Part shown: one piece after another, positions 24,926-38,358 of the stretch
Numbering within the stretch: the stretch's first letter is position 1
How the letters are laid out: each line of letters begins with the position of its first letter
Assembly: GCF_006345805.1 (NCBI RefSeq)
Contig: NC_043017.1
Coordinates: 25,916,001 to 25,980,000, forward strand
From: Octopus sinensis
Taxonomy: Eukaryota
DNA: 64,000 nt
Direction of reading: 5' to 3'
The notes under the pieces: model-generated
Database searches by the model: none
Told to the model about the DNA's origin: nothing
The model's input: only the letters and a program-made list of their open reading frames with translations
Program-made: the position numbers and the translations under genes

Positions 24926-26163
24926 TAAGTAAATAAGTAAATAAGTTATTTTTTATATACATATAAATATATATATACACGTATCTACATGTGTGTGCGC
25001 GTGTTTATGCGTATGACTGTATGAAAGGAGAAACATGACTTTCAATCACGTACATGAAAAGTTGGCCCCTTTTTTCCTTGGGTATATGCACGTCATTTTG
25101 TGATGTCACAAGGGATTAATCTTGTGATTCGACTTCAGGAATTTTTGTGGGAATGCCACAAGTATAATACATCCGTCGGATGACAGGCTTCAAAGAAGTG
25201 TATCTTCGCATGATAAAACACAATGGAAGGATCATGTCAAGGAAGGAGACGGGATATAATCATTGGCTTCACTGAGGTGGTTTGTGCTCTGTGAAATCGC
25301 ATTAGTACCAGCTTCCCGATTCGCTCAACAAAGACTTTAAAAAATCTGCATCGGTGACATTTTCCTTGACTTCGATTTGTTTACGGTTGTCGGATATTCC
25401 GTATAGTTACTGAGGAGGAATTTGATAGCGAAACAATGAGGAAATTTATGGGAGGTATGTGAGAAGCTGACTGTTAGAATCAGCTCGTTTGAGACATGAG
25501 AGTAGATTATAAATCGTTTATTAAATGAATCCCTGGTTAGGTAATTCGATAAAGAGGATTTGTGGCGATATTTATAATAACAGCTCTCTTTATATGTGAG
25601 GAAGTGGTGACGAATCTTTCAAGACTAATTGAATTATGGAATCACCTAGAGATTTGTTGATACCACCATCTGAGCACGGCAAACAATTTGATATTTGCAG
25701 AGCTATGGATGTAATAGTGTAAATGTGCGTTGAGAAATGATAACGCCACAGTGATAGGTCATATTACATAGATATGTTTGATATATTGGCAGAGGGTAAC
25801 TGAGGGAGAGATATATAGATATATAGATAGCGAGAGAGAAAGATAGATGGATAGATAGATAGATATATGTATGGAGAGAGAGAGAGAGAAAAAATGTTGG
25901 TGATGCTAAAACTCATTGTGAAACTGATGACAAATGAATTTTGTCTGTGTGTGTGAGAGAGAGATGGGGTAGATGTATCCCAATGTCACTTGGCTCATTT
26001 ATACTAATGCTATTTGTGAAATAATCAGATATTTTAATTAAGCGGTAAAGCCATCATTAGCGAAAATAATTGGAAAATCTTGCGTTGCCTCTGCTGTTAG
26101 ATATAGAAGAAATATGAGATATGTTTCTGAAACAAAGCAAACTATGTCGATTTAAGATAGGAG

Positions 26164-26556
26164 TACTCTTTTACTTGTTTCAGTCAGTTGACTGCGGCCA
26201 TGCTGGAGCACCGCCTTTAGTCGAGCAAATCGACCCCGGGACTTATTCTTTGTAAGCCCAGTACTTATTCTATCGGTCTCTTTTGCCGAACCGCTACGTG
26301 ACGGGGACGTAAACACACCAGCATCGGTTGTCAAGTAATGCTAGGAGGACAAACATACACACAGACACACACACATATATATATACATATATACGACAGG
26401 CTTCTTTCAGTTTCCGTCTACCAAATCCACTCACAAGGCATTGGTCGGCCCGGGGCTATAGCAGAAGACACTTGCCCATAATGCCACACAGTGGGACTGA
26501 ACCCGGAACCATGTGGTTGGTTAGCAAGCTACTTACCACACAGCCACTTCTGCGCC
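26164..26556 (-). mobile_element. SINE family A, full length
   Basis: Full head-to-tail match ending ...cacagccacttctgcgcc. Confidence 0.93.
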
Positions 26557-26980
26557 TATACGTTTACTATATTGACATTAAGGAGGGGTAAATTTCACAC
26601 AAAATTGTTCAACGTTTCACGCCATTTACCTTTTCTAGAAACTATAACTACATAGTATTAAATAAGAAAATTAAACGAGAGAGCTTATCGCTTGGCCAAA
26701 TGGTCATTGTATCGATCTCAAGGAAGTCGCTGCTTTTCCAGCGTGCTTTAAATGATTATGTGCTTAATGAGGAAGCGAAACATTTATAAGCTATATGCTA
26801 GTATAATGTGTCGTTATTTAATAGAATATTCATTCATCACACGGTTACGTGGTTAGTAGAACATATATACGCTTCTGTCTGATAGAAATGTCAATTTAAT
26901 TTCGTGAATGAAGTCTCAAAGATGTACGCTTCCTAACAAAGGATGACCAGTATTCTTATATCGCATGTCTTACCTCATAT

Positions 26981-27092
26981 TCCGGGCACAGTCCCACAGC
27001 ATGCCACCTCCGTCTGGTGAGGCCTAGTACAGCCACAGGCCGACGAAAGCCTTGCGAGTGGATTTGGTAGACGGAAACTTAGAAAAGCCCGT
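26981..27092 (+). mobile_element. SINE family A variant 5' fragment
   Basis: Carries the non-standard block ccacctccgtctggtgaggcctagtacag shared with 28352-28380. Confidence 0.75.
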
Positions 27093-27603
27093 ACCCATAT
27101 TATGACTGTACCCATATTAGCAGCTCTTTGCATTCTCGCAGGATTTATTCTGACGCCCTAATACGGATGTAGACCGGGGCTTGGATCAACTTGCATCACC
27201 TTTGATTATTCCAATGAAAACATTACGATTTTGTTCGGTTCGTTGTTTCTGTGTATGTTAGAATATTTACAAGAAAAATGGCAACGAAAGACTTTTGAGT
27301 AACAGAATGAAATTAAATGTAGGGGAAAAGATATAACAAAAATAGTGAGTTAATCATTATTTGTATTTTGGTCGTGATATTGCAACCGACCAACAGAAGT
27401 CCTAGTTGGTTCAGTTGGCAATTTGAAGTGTGTTAAATAGTAAGAGAAAACACAATTCTGAATTTGTCTGCGTTGGCGACGATGATCTAACATACGCAAA
27501 ATGATAGAGTCAAAGTTTAGCAAAAAGCCAGCAGTTCAGTTATTTTCATCATGCAAGCCGATTACATTGTTTTTAATGGGGAACATATATATATATATAT
27601 ATG

Positions 27604-27668
27604 ATTTTTTGATTTTTGATTTTTCCAGTTTCAGCTAATGAGCTGTGGCCATGCTGGGGCACCGCCAT
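27604..27668 (-). mobile_element. Solo SINE-A/LINE-like 3' tail
   Basis: Minus strand atggcggtgccccagcatggccacagctcattagctgaaactggaaaa; similar to 41936-42000. Confidence 0.65.
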
Positions 27669-28074
27669 ATATATGTATATTTTATCGATTTCGAAAAAAG
27701 GAAAAGATGTGTGAACATTCGTGGATTTTGACTTCATAAGATAATGACGTGGAAGAAATGCTGCTAATCATGTCTTGTGGAATTTTAGGTTCATTCTCCG
27801 ATTCTCTAACAACATTGTCAACATGCTGCCTTAATAATACTTAAGATAATAACTGATATGATAATGTCTTGGTTTGCTTTCATTTGGCGCTCTAGAATAC
27901 ATTATCTAATACGAATTATATTACAGTACGAATTGAAGCGGGCCCTGGCAGTTATTTGTTAATGAATAATGAATTATACAGACAAGTGGTTCTGGACCAT
28001 TTTTCGACTATGGATTATTTGATTACGATTTTAGGCTAAGTAGTTTTGTAAATATTTCTTTCAATATTCATATT

Positions 28075-28411
28075 ATTTTACTTGCTTCTGTCATTTGACT
28101 GCGACAATGCTGGAGCCCCGCCTTTAGCCGAACAAATCGACCTCAGGACTTATTCTTTGTAAATCTACTACTTCTTATATCGGCCTCTTTGCCGAACCGT
28201 TAAGTTACGGTGACGTAAACACACCAACATCGCATTGTCAAGCGATGGTGATGGGACAGACACAGACACACAAATACATAATACATATACGACGGGCTTC
28301 TTTCAGTTTCCGTCTACCAAATCCACTCACAAGGCTTTTGTCGGCCTGCGACTGTACTAGGCCTCACCAGACCGAGGTGGAATCATGCGATTGGTAAGCA
28401 AGCTTCTTACC
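28075..28411 (-). mobile_element. SINE family A variant
   Basis: Standard tail and body, variant core block as in 26981-27092. Confidence 0.85.
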
Positions 28412-28708
28412 AATAGTCCTTCTTGTGCCTATTCTGTTTTTCACAGGTCAACACGCGTCGACTGAACAAAGCAATGCGTTTGAAAAAGAAACATTGCTGT
28501 GTGTTGTTATAAATGCATCTAAAGTAAGTTTTTCCACGAATCATTATTATACAAGCGTGGATCCCTAATTTTTTATTTTGCTTGCGTGGAGCCCTAAAAT
28601 TCTCATATAGACAACCTGGGGTCATATGGATCACTAGTTGAGAAACACTGACATCGACAATCCGCCTTTTGTACAAATAACTGAATCATAACTAAAACAC
28701 TCGCTGAT
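28398..28708 (+). repeat. Local direct duplication, copy 1 (contains the hAT-like terminus gttgagaaacactg at 28637-28650)
   Basis: Aligns colinearly with 29808-30116 with scattered substitutions. Confidence 0.9.
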
Positions 28709-28945
28709 AAAAGTCGAAATAAATCAGTCTATCAACCTAAATAAAAATATGAATTAATAAATAATTGTAAACGTGAATATAATTATCAAGAAATGGCAGA
28801 CATATCATTAAGTAAATCATTTTAATATTTTATTGTATAGTGTTGCTATCCATTAAACCTAGCACAGATATAAGCCTCCACACAAGCACTGTGAATACAC
28901 CCACCCACCCACATACATATATATGTATATACATATATATATATG

Positions 28946-28998
<53 letters not shown>

Positions 28999-28999
28999 T

Positions 29000-29139
29000 A
29001 ATAAAACAAGAAAGCACAAAAAAACACACAACAACGCGAGGACGTGGACAAATATAGTATTATTGGACACTCAGAAGGAGGAAAGAAGGAGGGTTTAACG
29101 TTTCGAGGGAGCTCTTCGTCGGAAACATAGAAGGAAGAT
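29000..29139 (-). mobile_element. Hammerhead-like-motif element, cut by the assembly gap
   Basis: Reverse complement of 41215-41410. Motif gttt-CCGACGA-A-gagctccctc-GAAA-cg-tt-aaac at 29093-29126. Confidence 0.75.
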
Positions 29140-29239
29140 NNNNNNNNNNNNNNNNNNNNNNNNNNNNNNNNNNNNNNNNNNNNNNNNNNNNNNNNNNNNN
29201 NNNNNNNNNNNNNNNNNNNNNNNNNNNNNNNNNNNNNNN
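29140..29239. other. Assembly gap (100 N)
   Basis: Seen directly. Confidence 1.
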
Positions 29240-29393
29240 CTTATTGCGGATTTATTTTAGACTGAGAGAGCAGATCATTTTCAGAAATAGCTAAAATGTT
29301 CAGTATAAAAGGATATCATCTTGGCTGATATCGGTAATTGCACTTGAATATATTAACAGGTAGTTTTACCTTATTATATATTAAGATTATTAA

Positions 29394-29794
29394 TGGCTGT
29401 GTGGTAAGTAGCTTGTTTACCAACCACATAGTTCCAGGTTCAGTCCCACAGCGTGACACCTTGGGTGAGTGTCTTCTACTATAGCCTCGGGCTGAATAAA
29501 GCCTTGTGAGTGGATTTGGTAGACGGAAACTGAAAGAAGCCCGTCGAATATATATATATATATAATATGCGTGTGTGTGTTTGTTTGTCTGTGTTTGTCC
29601 TTCTAGCATTGCTTGACAACCGATGCTGGTGTGTTTATGTCCCCGTTACTTAGTGGTTCGGCAAAAGAGGCCGATAGAATAAGTACCGGGCTTACAAAAG
29701 AATAAGTCCCGGAGTCGAGTTGCTCGATTAAAGGCGGTGCTCCAGCATGACCGCAGTCAAATGGCTGAAACAAGTAAAAGAGTAAAAAGAGTAA
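29394..29794 (+). mobile_element. SINE family A, full length
   Basis: tggctgtgtggtaagtagcttg...gaaacaagtaaaagagt. Confidence 0.93.
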
Positions 29795-29807
29795 CGATTC
29801 CCAAGAT

Positions 29808-30116
29808 GCAAGCTTCTTACCAACAGTCCTTCCGCATATTCTGTTTTTCACACGCTAACATGCGTCGACTGAACTAAGTAAAGCGTTTGAAATACAAATC
29901 TTGCTGTGTATTGTTATAAATACATCTTAAGTTAGTTTATCCACAAATCATTATTATTCAGCCTTGAATCCCTAATGTTCTTATTTTGCTTGCGTGGACC
30001 CCTAAAATTCTCATATAGCCAACCTGCGGTCATATGGATCACTAGTTGAGACACGTTGACATCGACGAACCGCCTTTTGTACAAATAATTGAATCATAAC
30101 TAAAACACTCGCTGAT
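29808..30116 (+). repeat. Local direct duplication, copy 2
   Basis: See 28398-28708. Confidence 0.9.
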
Positions 30117-30449
30117 TCCTGCTCACGCATTTGTGATAACTACGTAGCCTTTCTGCAAATTCTCCGTTATATTAACTCCTCACAGTAGGTATACACATTC
30201 ACGTACAAATGCATACACGTACACTCACGTCGCTTTCGCAGTACCAACATATGTATGTACGAACGGGTACGCGCACTCGTTACCCCACAGATGCCAGGAG
30301 GAAAATATAAAGAATCCACAAAATCAAAGAAATATATGAATAGCTGTTAAAAAGCATGTGAATACTATAAAAAGAACAAAGAGGGAACGAAAGTAGAATG
30401 AATGTTAGAGAATTAACTAGAAAATTATCGTAGAAGGCAATGTCATTTG

Positions 30450-30712
30450 TACTCTTTTACTCATTCAATTGTTTCAGTCATTTGACTGCGGCCATGCTGG
30501 AGCACCGCCTGTTAATCGAGCAAATCGACCCCAGGACTTATTCTTTGTAAGCCTAGTACTCTTCTATCGGCATCTTTTGCCGAACAGCTAAGTTACGGGG
30601 ACGTAAGCACACCAGCATCGCTTGTCAAGTGATGTTGGGGGACAACACAGACATAAAAGCATATTGCACCACACATGTACATATATATACATGCATACAT
30701 ACATACACATAT

Positions 30713-30756
<44 letters not shown>

Positions 30757-30960
30757 ATATATATATGGATAGATAGATAGATAGATAGATACACATATAT
30801 GTTACGGGCTTCTTTCAGTTTCCGTCTAGCAAATCACTCACAAGGCTTTGGTGGGCCCTAGGCTATAGTAGAAGACACTTACCCAAGGTATCACGCAGTG
30901 GGATTGAACTCAGAACCCTGTGGTTGGTAAGCAACCTACTTACCACACAGCCACTCCTAC
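30450..30960 (-). mobile_element. SINE family A, full length, expanded internal microsatellite
   Basis: Head-to-tail match. Confidence 0.92.
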
Positions 30961-31002
30961 GATAATGCTTACCTCACAGCCATTCCTACGCCTATGCTTA
31001 CC

Positions 31003-31233
31003 TATTTCTTTACTGCCCACAAGGGGCCAAACATTGAGAGGACAAACAAGGACAGACAAAGGGATTAAGTCGATTATATCGACCCCAGTGCGTAACTGGT
31101 ACTTATTTAATCGACCCCGAAAGGATGAAAGGCGAAGTCGACCTCGGCGGAATTTGAACTCAGAACGTAAGGGCAGACAAAATACGGCTACGCATTTTTC
31201 CCGGCGTGCTAAGGATTCTGCCAGCTCGCCGCC
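31003..31233 (-). mobile_element. SINE family B, full length, young, with 10-bp TSD
   Basis: Ends ...ctgccagctcgccgcc. TSD tatgcttacc at 30993-31002 and 31235-31244. Confidence 0.92.
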
Positions 31234-31976
31234 TTATGCTTACCACACAGCTACTCCTACTCCTATGAGAAAAAGTGTGTAACATTCCGCGCCAATGAAT
31301 TCTTCAAACATTTGTTTTATTTATTCTCATTCTCTCCTCATTTCAAATCACATCTTCGGCGAATCAACATGAGATTGTCGAATGACAATGTAACCTTAAT
31401 ATAATGAAGGTACATTCGGCTTGATGAGTAACTAGCTCAGCAACTCTCATCGGATAATAAGTATATCAGAGAATCAGCCAGCGAGGAAACATATGTAGGA
31501 TTTCAACTCTTCTACTCCCTTATTTTGGATTTTCTTTCTTATTAATAGCAACTCTAGTTTATAACCTTGAGCTATACAGAAACTTTCAGCTTATCGAATT
31601 TTCTCGTAATATCGATATTGCAAAAAGTAGATAAAATTGTACGCCAATAGAATTTTTATTGTTCGTCAACGTACACAGTTCACTTATTGTTTTCTATGCT
31701 TGTCATGGACAACAAGAAACTTCCTTCACTTGTATCCCTGGAACTTACCATTATATATTTCCATGCATATATACATACAGTCTCTAATATGTGCTGACCC
31801 ACTCTCTATATATTCTCTTTATATATAAAACAAACATTCACATTTTTTATGTGCTACATAAGCACGTATATTACACCCATACGTGCACACATATATGTAT
31901 ATATATATATTTGTTTGTCTATCTGTGTATCTATTTGTGTGTATGAATATGTATATATTTATATATACACACACAC

Positions 31977-31977
<1 letters not shown>

Positions 31978-32045
<68 letters not shown>

Positions 32046-32046
32046 C
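31978..32046. repeat. (TATC)n microsatellite
   Basis: Seen directly. Confidence 0.97.
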
Positions 32047-32109
32047 TATATATATATATATATACATATATGCGTAAATACATACATAAACTCACACATG
32101 CATACACAC

Positions 32110-32140
<31 letters not shown>

Positions 32141-32279
32141 GAAAGAGAGAGACAAAGATAATGAGAGAGAGTCAGAGACAGGTAAGAGATAGTTAAATAG
32201 GGAAATATAGGTAAATATATTAAGAAAATTTTAATAGGAATCATCCAAAATAATAAAATAAACAAACGAACAAATAATA

Positions 32280-32327
32280 ACATCAATAATAATAAATATT
32301 AATAATAACAACAACAACAACAACAAC

Positions 32328-32364
<37 letters not shown>

Positions 32365-32408
32365 TCTTCGAAGAATAAGAAAAGAGGAGAGTAGAAGGTA
32401 GAATATTA

Positions 32409-32441
<33 letters not shown>

Positions 32442-32478
32442 AATAATAATAAATAATAATAATAATATAATAATAATG

Positions 32479-32517
<39 letters not shown>

Positions 32518-32636
32518 TTAATGATAACAATAATAATGATAATAATAATAATAATAATAATATATAATAATATAATAATATAACTTAGAAGAAGAAAAAG
32601 TGGTAGAATATTAATAATAATAATAATAATAATAAC

Positions 32637-32707
<71 letters not shown>

Positions 32708-32762
32708 TAATAATAATAATAATAATAATAATAACTTAGAAGAAAAAGAAAAGTGGTAGAAT

Positions 32763-32836
<74 letters not shown>

Positions 32837-32850
32837 TAATAATAATCCGC
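32280..32850. repeat. (AAT)n array with a recurring gtagaatatt spacer
   Basis: Seen directly. Confidence 0.95.
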
Positions 32851-33194
32851 AGAAAACTCCACGTAAATAAAGCCCCAACAGAACAACAGAGTAAAACGCT
32901 AATCTGATTTTCAAATTCTATTCAGTGAAGTGTGGCTGATTATTTTGTGTGTCTGTCTCCACTAAATCAGATTGGAAACTAAGGAGAGTAAACATTACTA
33001 CATAATACAAATTGAAATAAATATGACCCAGAAGAAACTAAACAAATCAATCAGTACACGAATAAACAATTTTCTATATTTTTCTGAAAAAAAAATATAT
33101 ATGAAAAAAAAAAGAGGAATGAAGGTATATACTAACAAAAATCTAAATATAATAAATTGAAATAAATATGTTTTAGAGAGGGAAAAAAATAGTT

Positions 33195-33405
33195 ATAGCG
33201 AATTAAGGAAGGAGGAGGAGAAGAAGAAGAAGAAGAAGAAGAAGAAGAGAAGGAGAAGAAGGAGAAGAAGAAGAAGAAGAAGGAGAAGGAGAAGGAGAAG
33301 AACTAGAATAATAATAATAATAATGAGAAGAAGAAGAAGAACAACAACAACAACAAAAGAAGTACAATAATAATAATAATGATAATAATAATAATAATAA
33401 TAATA

Positions 33406-33439
<34 letters not shown>

Positions 33440-33479
33440 AAGAGAAGAAGAAGAACAACAACAACAACAAAAGAAGTAC

Positions 33480-33536
<57 letters not shown>

Positions 33537-33574
33537 AAGAAGAAGAAGAACAACAACAACAACAAAAGAAGTAC

Positions 33575-33654
<80 letters not shown>

Positions 33655-33725
33655 AAGAAGAAGAAGAACAACAACAACAACAAAAGAAGTACAATAATAA
33701 TAATAATAATAATAATAATAAGAAG

Positions 33726-33759
<34 letters not shown>

Positions 33760-33770
33760 AAGAAGATCAG
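33195..33770. repeat. Higher-order compound trinucleotide array (AAG/AAC/AAT)
   Basis: Four tgagaagaag...aacaac...aaaagaagtac units separated by (AAT)n. Confidence 0.95.
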
Positions 33771-34416
33771 ATAAAAAATACGCAGTGAATATTTTATTGA
33801 GACAACTTATTTTTACGTTTGTACATTCTAAATTATAAACACTTGGTCTAATATTATTTTACTGATGCAATGATCATGTGTCTTAACAGAAAGAGAAACG
33901 AACAGATACGAATAAAAAACCCATTCAGCTTGTGTATATGTACTTTACGTTTATACAAATGCACACGCGCACAACTACTTGTCGTACAATAATTGAAATA
34001 TATGTCATAGTAGGAAAAAAAGATGGAGTTTTTTTCCCTGTTTTTCTCTATTTAATTCAAGTTCATAATCGTTCGAGACATATTTCTCTTGCATGCCTTT
34101 TTTGTTATCAGATTCTGAAATAAATTTCGAAAACAATGAATGACAGAGAGCCATGTCTATTTCTTGGACACACACGCATGTAACATATTCGTACACCATT
34201 ATATGTTACATGATATAATTACGTGTATGTAAATACCTTTTTTTAAATAATACCCTATAGATATGGCTAGGGGATCCCTTTCAAGACCATATCCGGAAAC
34301 CTATATAGCAAAATATAAAAACTCGATCCGTGAAGTATTTCTCGTTATTAATATATTTATCCTACTCTACACGGAATATCTTATATATAGCAATGCCATA
34401 CTTGTAACATCCCACA

Positions 34417-34458
34417 CAGTAACCCCTCGTCATATCGCGGTTCACCTATCGCGGTTTA
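34417..34458 (+). mobile_element. Pogo/Tigger-like terminus (single end)
   Basis: cagtaacccctcgtcatatcgcggttcacctatcgcgg; similar to the TIR at 50851. Confidence 0.55.
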
Positions 34459-34522
34459 TTATTTAAGCTTACGTCGATTCACCCATAGTTTTCTTTTGCA
34501 TTTGTCGCTGTGTTGTAAGAAT

Positions 34523-34691
34523 AGGCGCAGGGGTGGCCCTGTAGTAAGTAGCTTGCTTACTAACCACATGGCTCCGGATTCAGTCCCACTGCGTGGTAGC
34601 TTGGGCAAGTGTCTTCTACTATAGCCTCGGGCCGACCAAAGCCTTGTGAGTGGATTTGGTAGACGGAAACTGAAGGAAGCCCGTCGTATAC

Positions 34692-34731
<40 letters not shown>

Positions 34732-34956
34732 GGATGTATATATATGTATATGTGTGTCTGTGTATATATTTTTGTGTCTGTTCCTGTTCCCTCTACATCG
34801 CTTGACAACCGATGCTGGAGTGTTTACGTCCCCGTAACTTAGCAGTTTGGCAAAAGAGACCGAAGAATAAGTCCTGGGGTCGATTTGCTCGACTAAAGGC
34901 GTTGCTCCAGCATGACCATTGCCAAACGAATAAAACAAGTAAAAGAGTAAAATAGT
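34523..34956 (+). mobile_element. SINE family A, full length
   Basis: ggcgcaggggtggc...aaacaagtaaaagagtaaaa. Confidence 0.92.
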
Positions 34957-36986
34957 ATATTATGTAAATAATAATTATAAAATGCAGTACAATATTGTTT
35001 CCACTTCACGGATTTTCACCTTTTTCGGTGTGTTTTGTGTGGGTGTCTGTAAGTTTGTTAGTGAATAGTACATTGCAGGTGTGTGTTAGTATGGCAAAGA
35101 AACACTTACTGTGCCTGAATGGATGATACAATGAGAGAAAGCAATCCAAATCTCAAACGACAATGAAAAATTCTGAAGAAAGTATGTTCCCATTCAGAGA
35201 GTTCAGATCAGTTGCTGACAAGGCAACAAGACTTTTTGATTTTGCAGAGCTCCCGGTGTTTGTAAATATGTGGTTGAGTTGGCGTGTTGGTTGAAATACC
35301 AATGCATTCACCCAAGTGTGTGCATCTATTCACATAAGAACATCACATGAAGAATTTCTGGAACGTTTCACAATTCTTCACTGAGACACTAATTGATTGG
35401 ATTTGGAGTATCTGCGTCAACTTCATTTGCTGTTTCTTTTCCGTGAAGTCGAACATCTCTAGACCTTTGTGTAAATTTGTTAATACATAACTCAATGAAC
35501 CGATATCAGGTTATAAGTGCTGTAAGTTCTACAATGATTCACCATAAACCTTCCATTTTTCTTGGACATTTGACCCTAATTTCATATCTGTTGGGCAGCT
35601 GACTTCTACAACATTGCATGTATTTTGTTCCCTGTCCCACGGAACAATGTCAGATGTGTTACGTTTGCAACAGACTGATGTTTTTATTTGGATGTTTCAC
35701 CTATATTCCTTTGTTTTTAAAAGGCCTTTGATGTACGCGGGGGAGGAGTAGCTCTTCCTGCAGATAACATTACAAGTAGGTTTTGCAACTACATCATGCC
35801 TCACGCGAAAGTAGTATCTTGTAGGTATGTATGTATGTATGCATGTATGTATGTATGCATGCGCGTGTATGTGTATGTGTGTATGTCTGTGTGTATTACT
35901 AATAGTACCCAATGCAGTAGCCGTTCGGGATAGTATTTTGAATATCATTGGTAGAAAAGTATGCTTAAATTTGAACGATTGGCCAAAGGTCAACAAAATG
36001 TGTTGCTTACAATTCTTTTGAAGGTGTCAGCAATTTACATAGACTAATTTCCGTTTTCAATCCTTCTCGTGTTAGAAGGGAATGGAATAGAGACTTGGAC
36101 GGTTGCAACTTCTGACATAAAGCATAGCCTCGATTCTTCGTTCATTTATTATGCAATATTTTCCTCTGAAATCATGAAAGCAGTATGACTTGTTGCTGTA
36201 TATTTCCTGTCGCATCTATTCATATCACGGTCGATTTCATTCTTTCCACCTTAGTGCTTCAAGCATATCCGTTATGCTGAATCTGGATGCAGAATCTTGT
36301 CATTATCTCTCTCCAAGAATTCAATTTTGGTTTATAGTGAAGGGAATCACGTGATAAAGATGAGCTTGTTTGGGAACGGTAATAACCAACTCCTTTGAGA
36401 TGTTGCGCAATTCATCCCTGCAAGAGGTCGTCACGTTTGATCAGCACATTTGAAAATTAACATTGTTTATAGATTACCTTGCATATAATGAGAAATGTTT
36501 AACGGTTCAGTTGATCAGAAGATGATATAATAACACACCTATTTGCGGAGCACATACGCCTAAAAATCTACGTATCAGGAAAGCTCAATATTATTAAAAT
36601 TCTGAAACACACTCTGACCTTCAGGCCTAAGCTGTAGACACAAGCATTACCTACATTTTATCGCCAACAATGAAGGTCTTTCGAAACACAATTTGCCCAT
36701 TTATTGATGTTAAAACAAACAGCATGTCAAATTAATGATCTCGTTCTTGAAACACTAGCAGCTATCTGTTAGCACATACAAGATTTCGATTTCCATGGAT
36801 ATAAGTTGACTGAATAGAAGTATGAGCGGATCATTTAGGGTAATTTCCTCTTGTAATTTACTGTATAAATTTCGGATTCGTCTTTTTAAGAGCAATCTGT
36901 TTTCTATCACCTCATCTACCAAATATATATCAATCATTTACCGGTTATTTATTCACTCATCTCTCTCTCTCTTTTAAAATTTCCCA

Positions 36987-37490
<504 letters not shown>

Positions 37491-37634
37491 TCTCTATCTA
37501 TACAAGCGCCCGTCCATCTGTTTGCGTGTCTGTCTTTCTGTCTGCCTGTGTCTAGTTGTATGTATGAGTGTGTGTATTTATAAGTATGTGTTATATATAT
37601 ATTATATACATATATATATATAGATATATATATA

Positions 37635-37672
<38 letters not shown>

Positions 37673-37709
37673 TACGACGTCACACACCTAATACAACACC
37701 TAATATATA

Positions 37710-37757
<48 letters not shown>

Positions 37758-38305
37758 ACCTTCTCCTCCATCCAGTTAACAAGCAATCACCACCAATCTA
37801 CTTATATAAATATGTTAAGGACCAAAGTCAGCAAGAAGATATCTACTGACTGTTATATTGATATACTGTCACATTATGCTCCCACACTGGCGTAATCCAC
37901 AGATAAGTGCATCGTCTTCCTGTCTGCAAAAGAAATTCTTCTGTAGCAATGTTACGAACGCATCACACATATTTACCTGCCTTGTTACTAATGTCACTGA
38001 GTTGTTAATGATGCATAATGACATGTCTGCGTAGAAATTGTACAACGACCATCTGTCTAAGCGTTTATAAGTAAAAAATATATTATGCGAAATGATATGG
38101 ATCTTCGCATCTCTTAGTCACTGAGTTTGTAATCGGTTTGTGTGTGAGCTATCGCGTCTAAGTGAAAGCGTGCGTATCTATCTATAGGTACTCACTTATA
38201 TGTACAGGCAATGGCTTTAAGAGAATATATATTTATGTATATGCTTATAAATTACACACAGTTGCAGCCATATATATGCATGCATCTTTCTCTCTCTCTC
38301 ATTAT

Positions 38306-38358
<53 letters not shown>

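Noticed and set aside
25060-25700. GC-richer stretch suggesting an old TE ORF (also about 35900-36560 and 56480-56690)
   Set aside because: No motif recognised in the frames I tried; needs a translated search.
25923-25950. CTGATGA followed by a small stem (caaa-tgaat-tttg)
   Set aside because: No GAAA or stem I/III follows, so not a hammerhead.
32231-33694. Poly-L/Y/I/C ORFs resembling transmembrane or low-complexity proteins
   Set aside because: Trinucleotide repeats lack stops in some frames.
34990-35460. Possible continuation of a pogo-like element (10-bp inverted word acttcacgga/tccgtgaagt)
   Set aside because: No convincing transposase translation or matching terminus.
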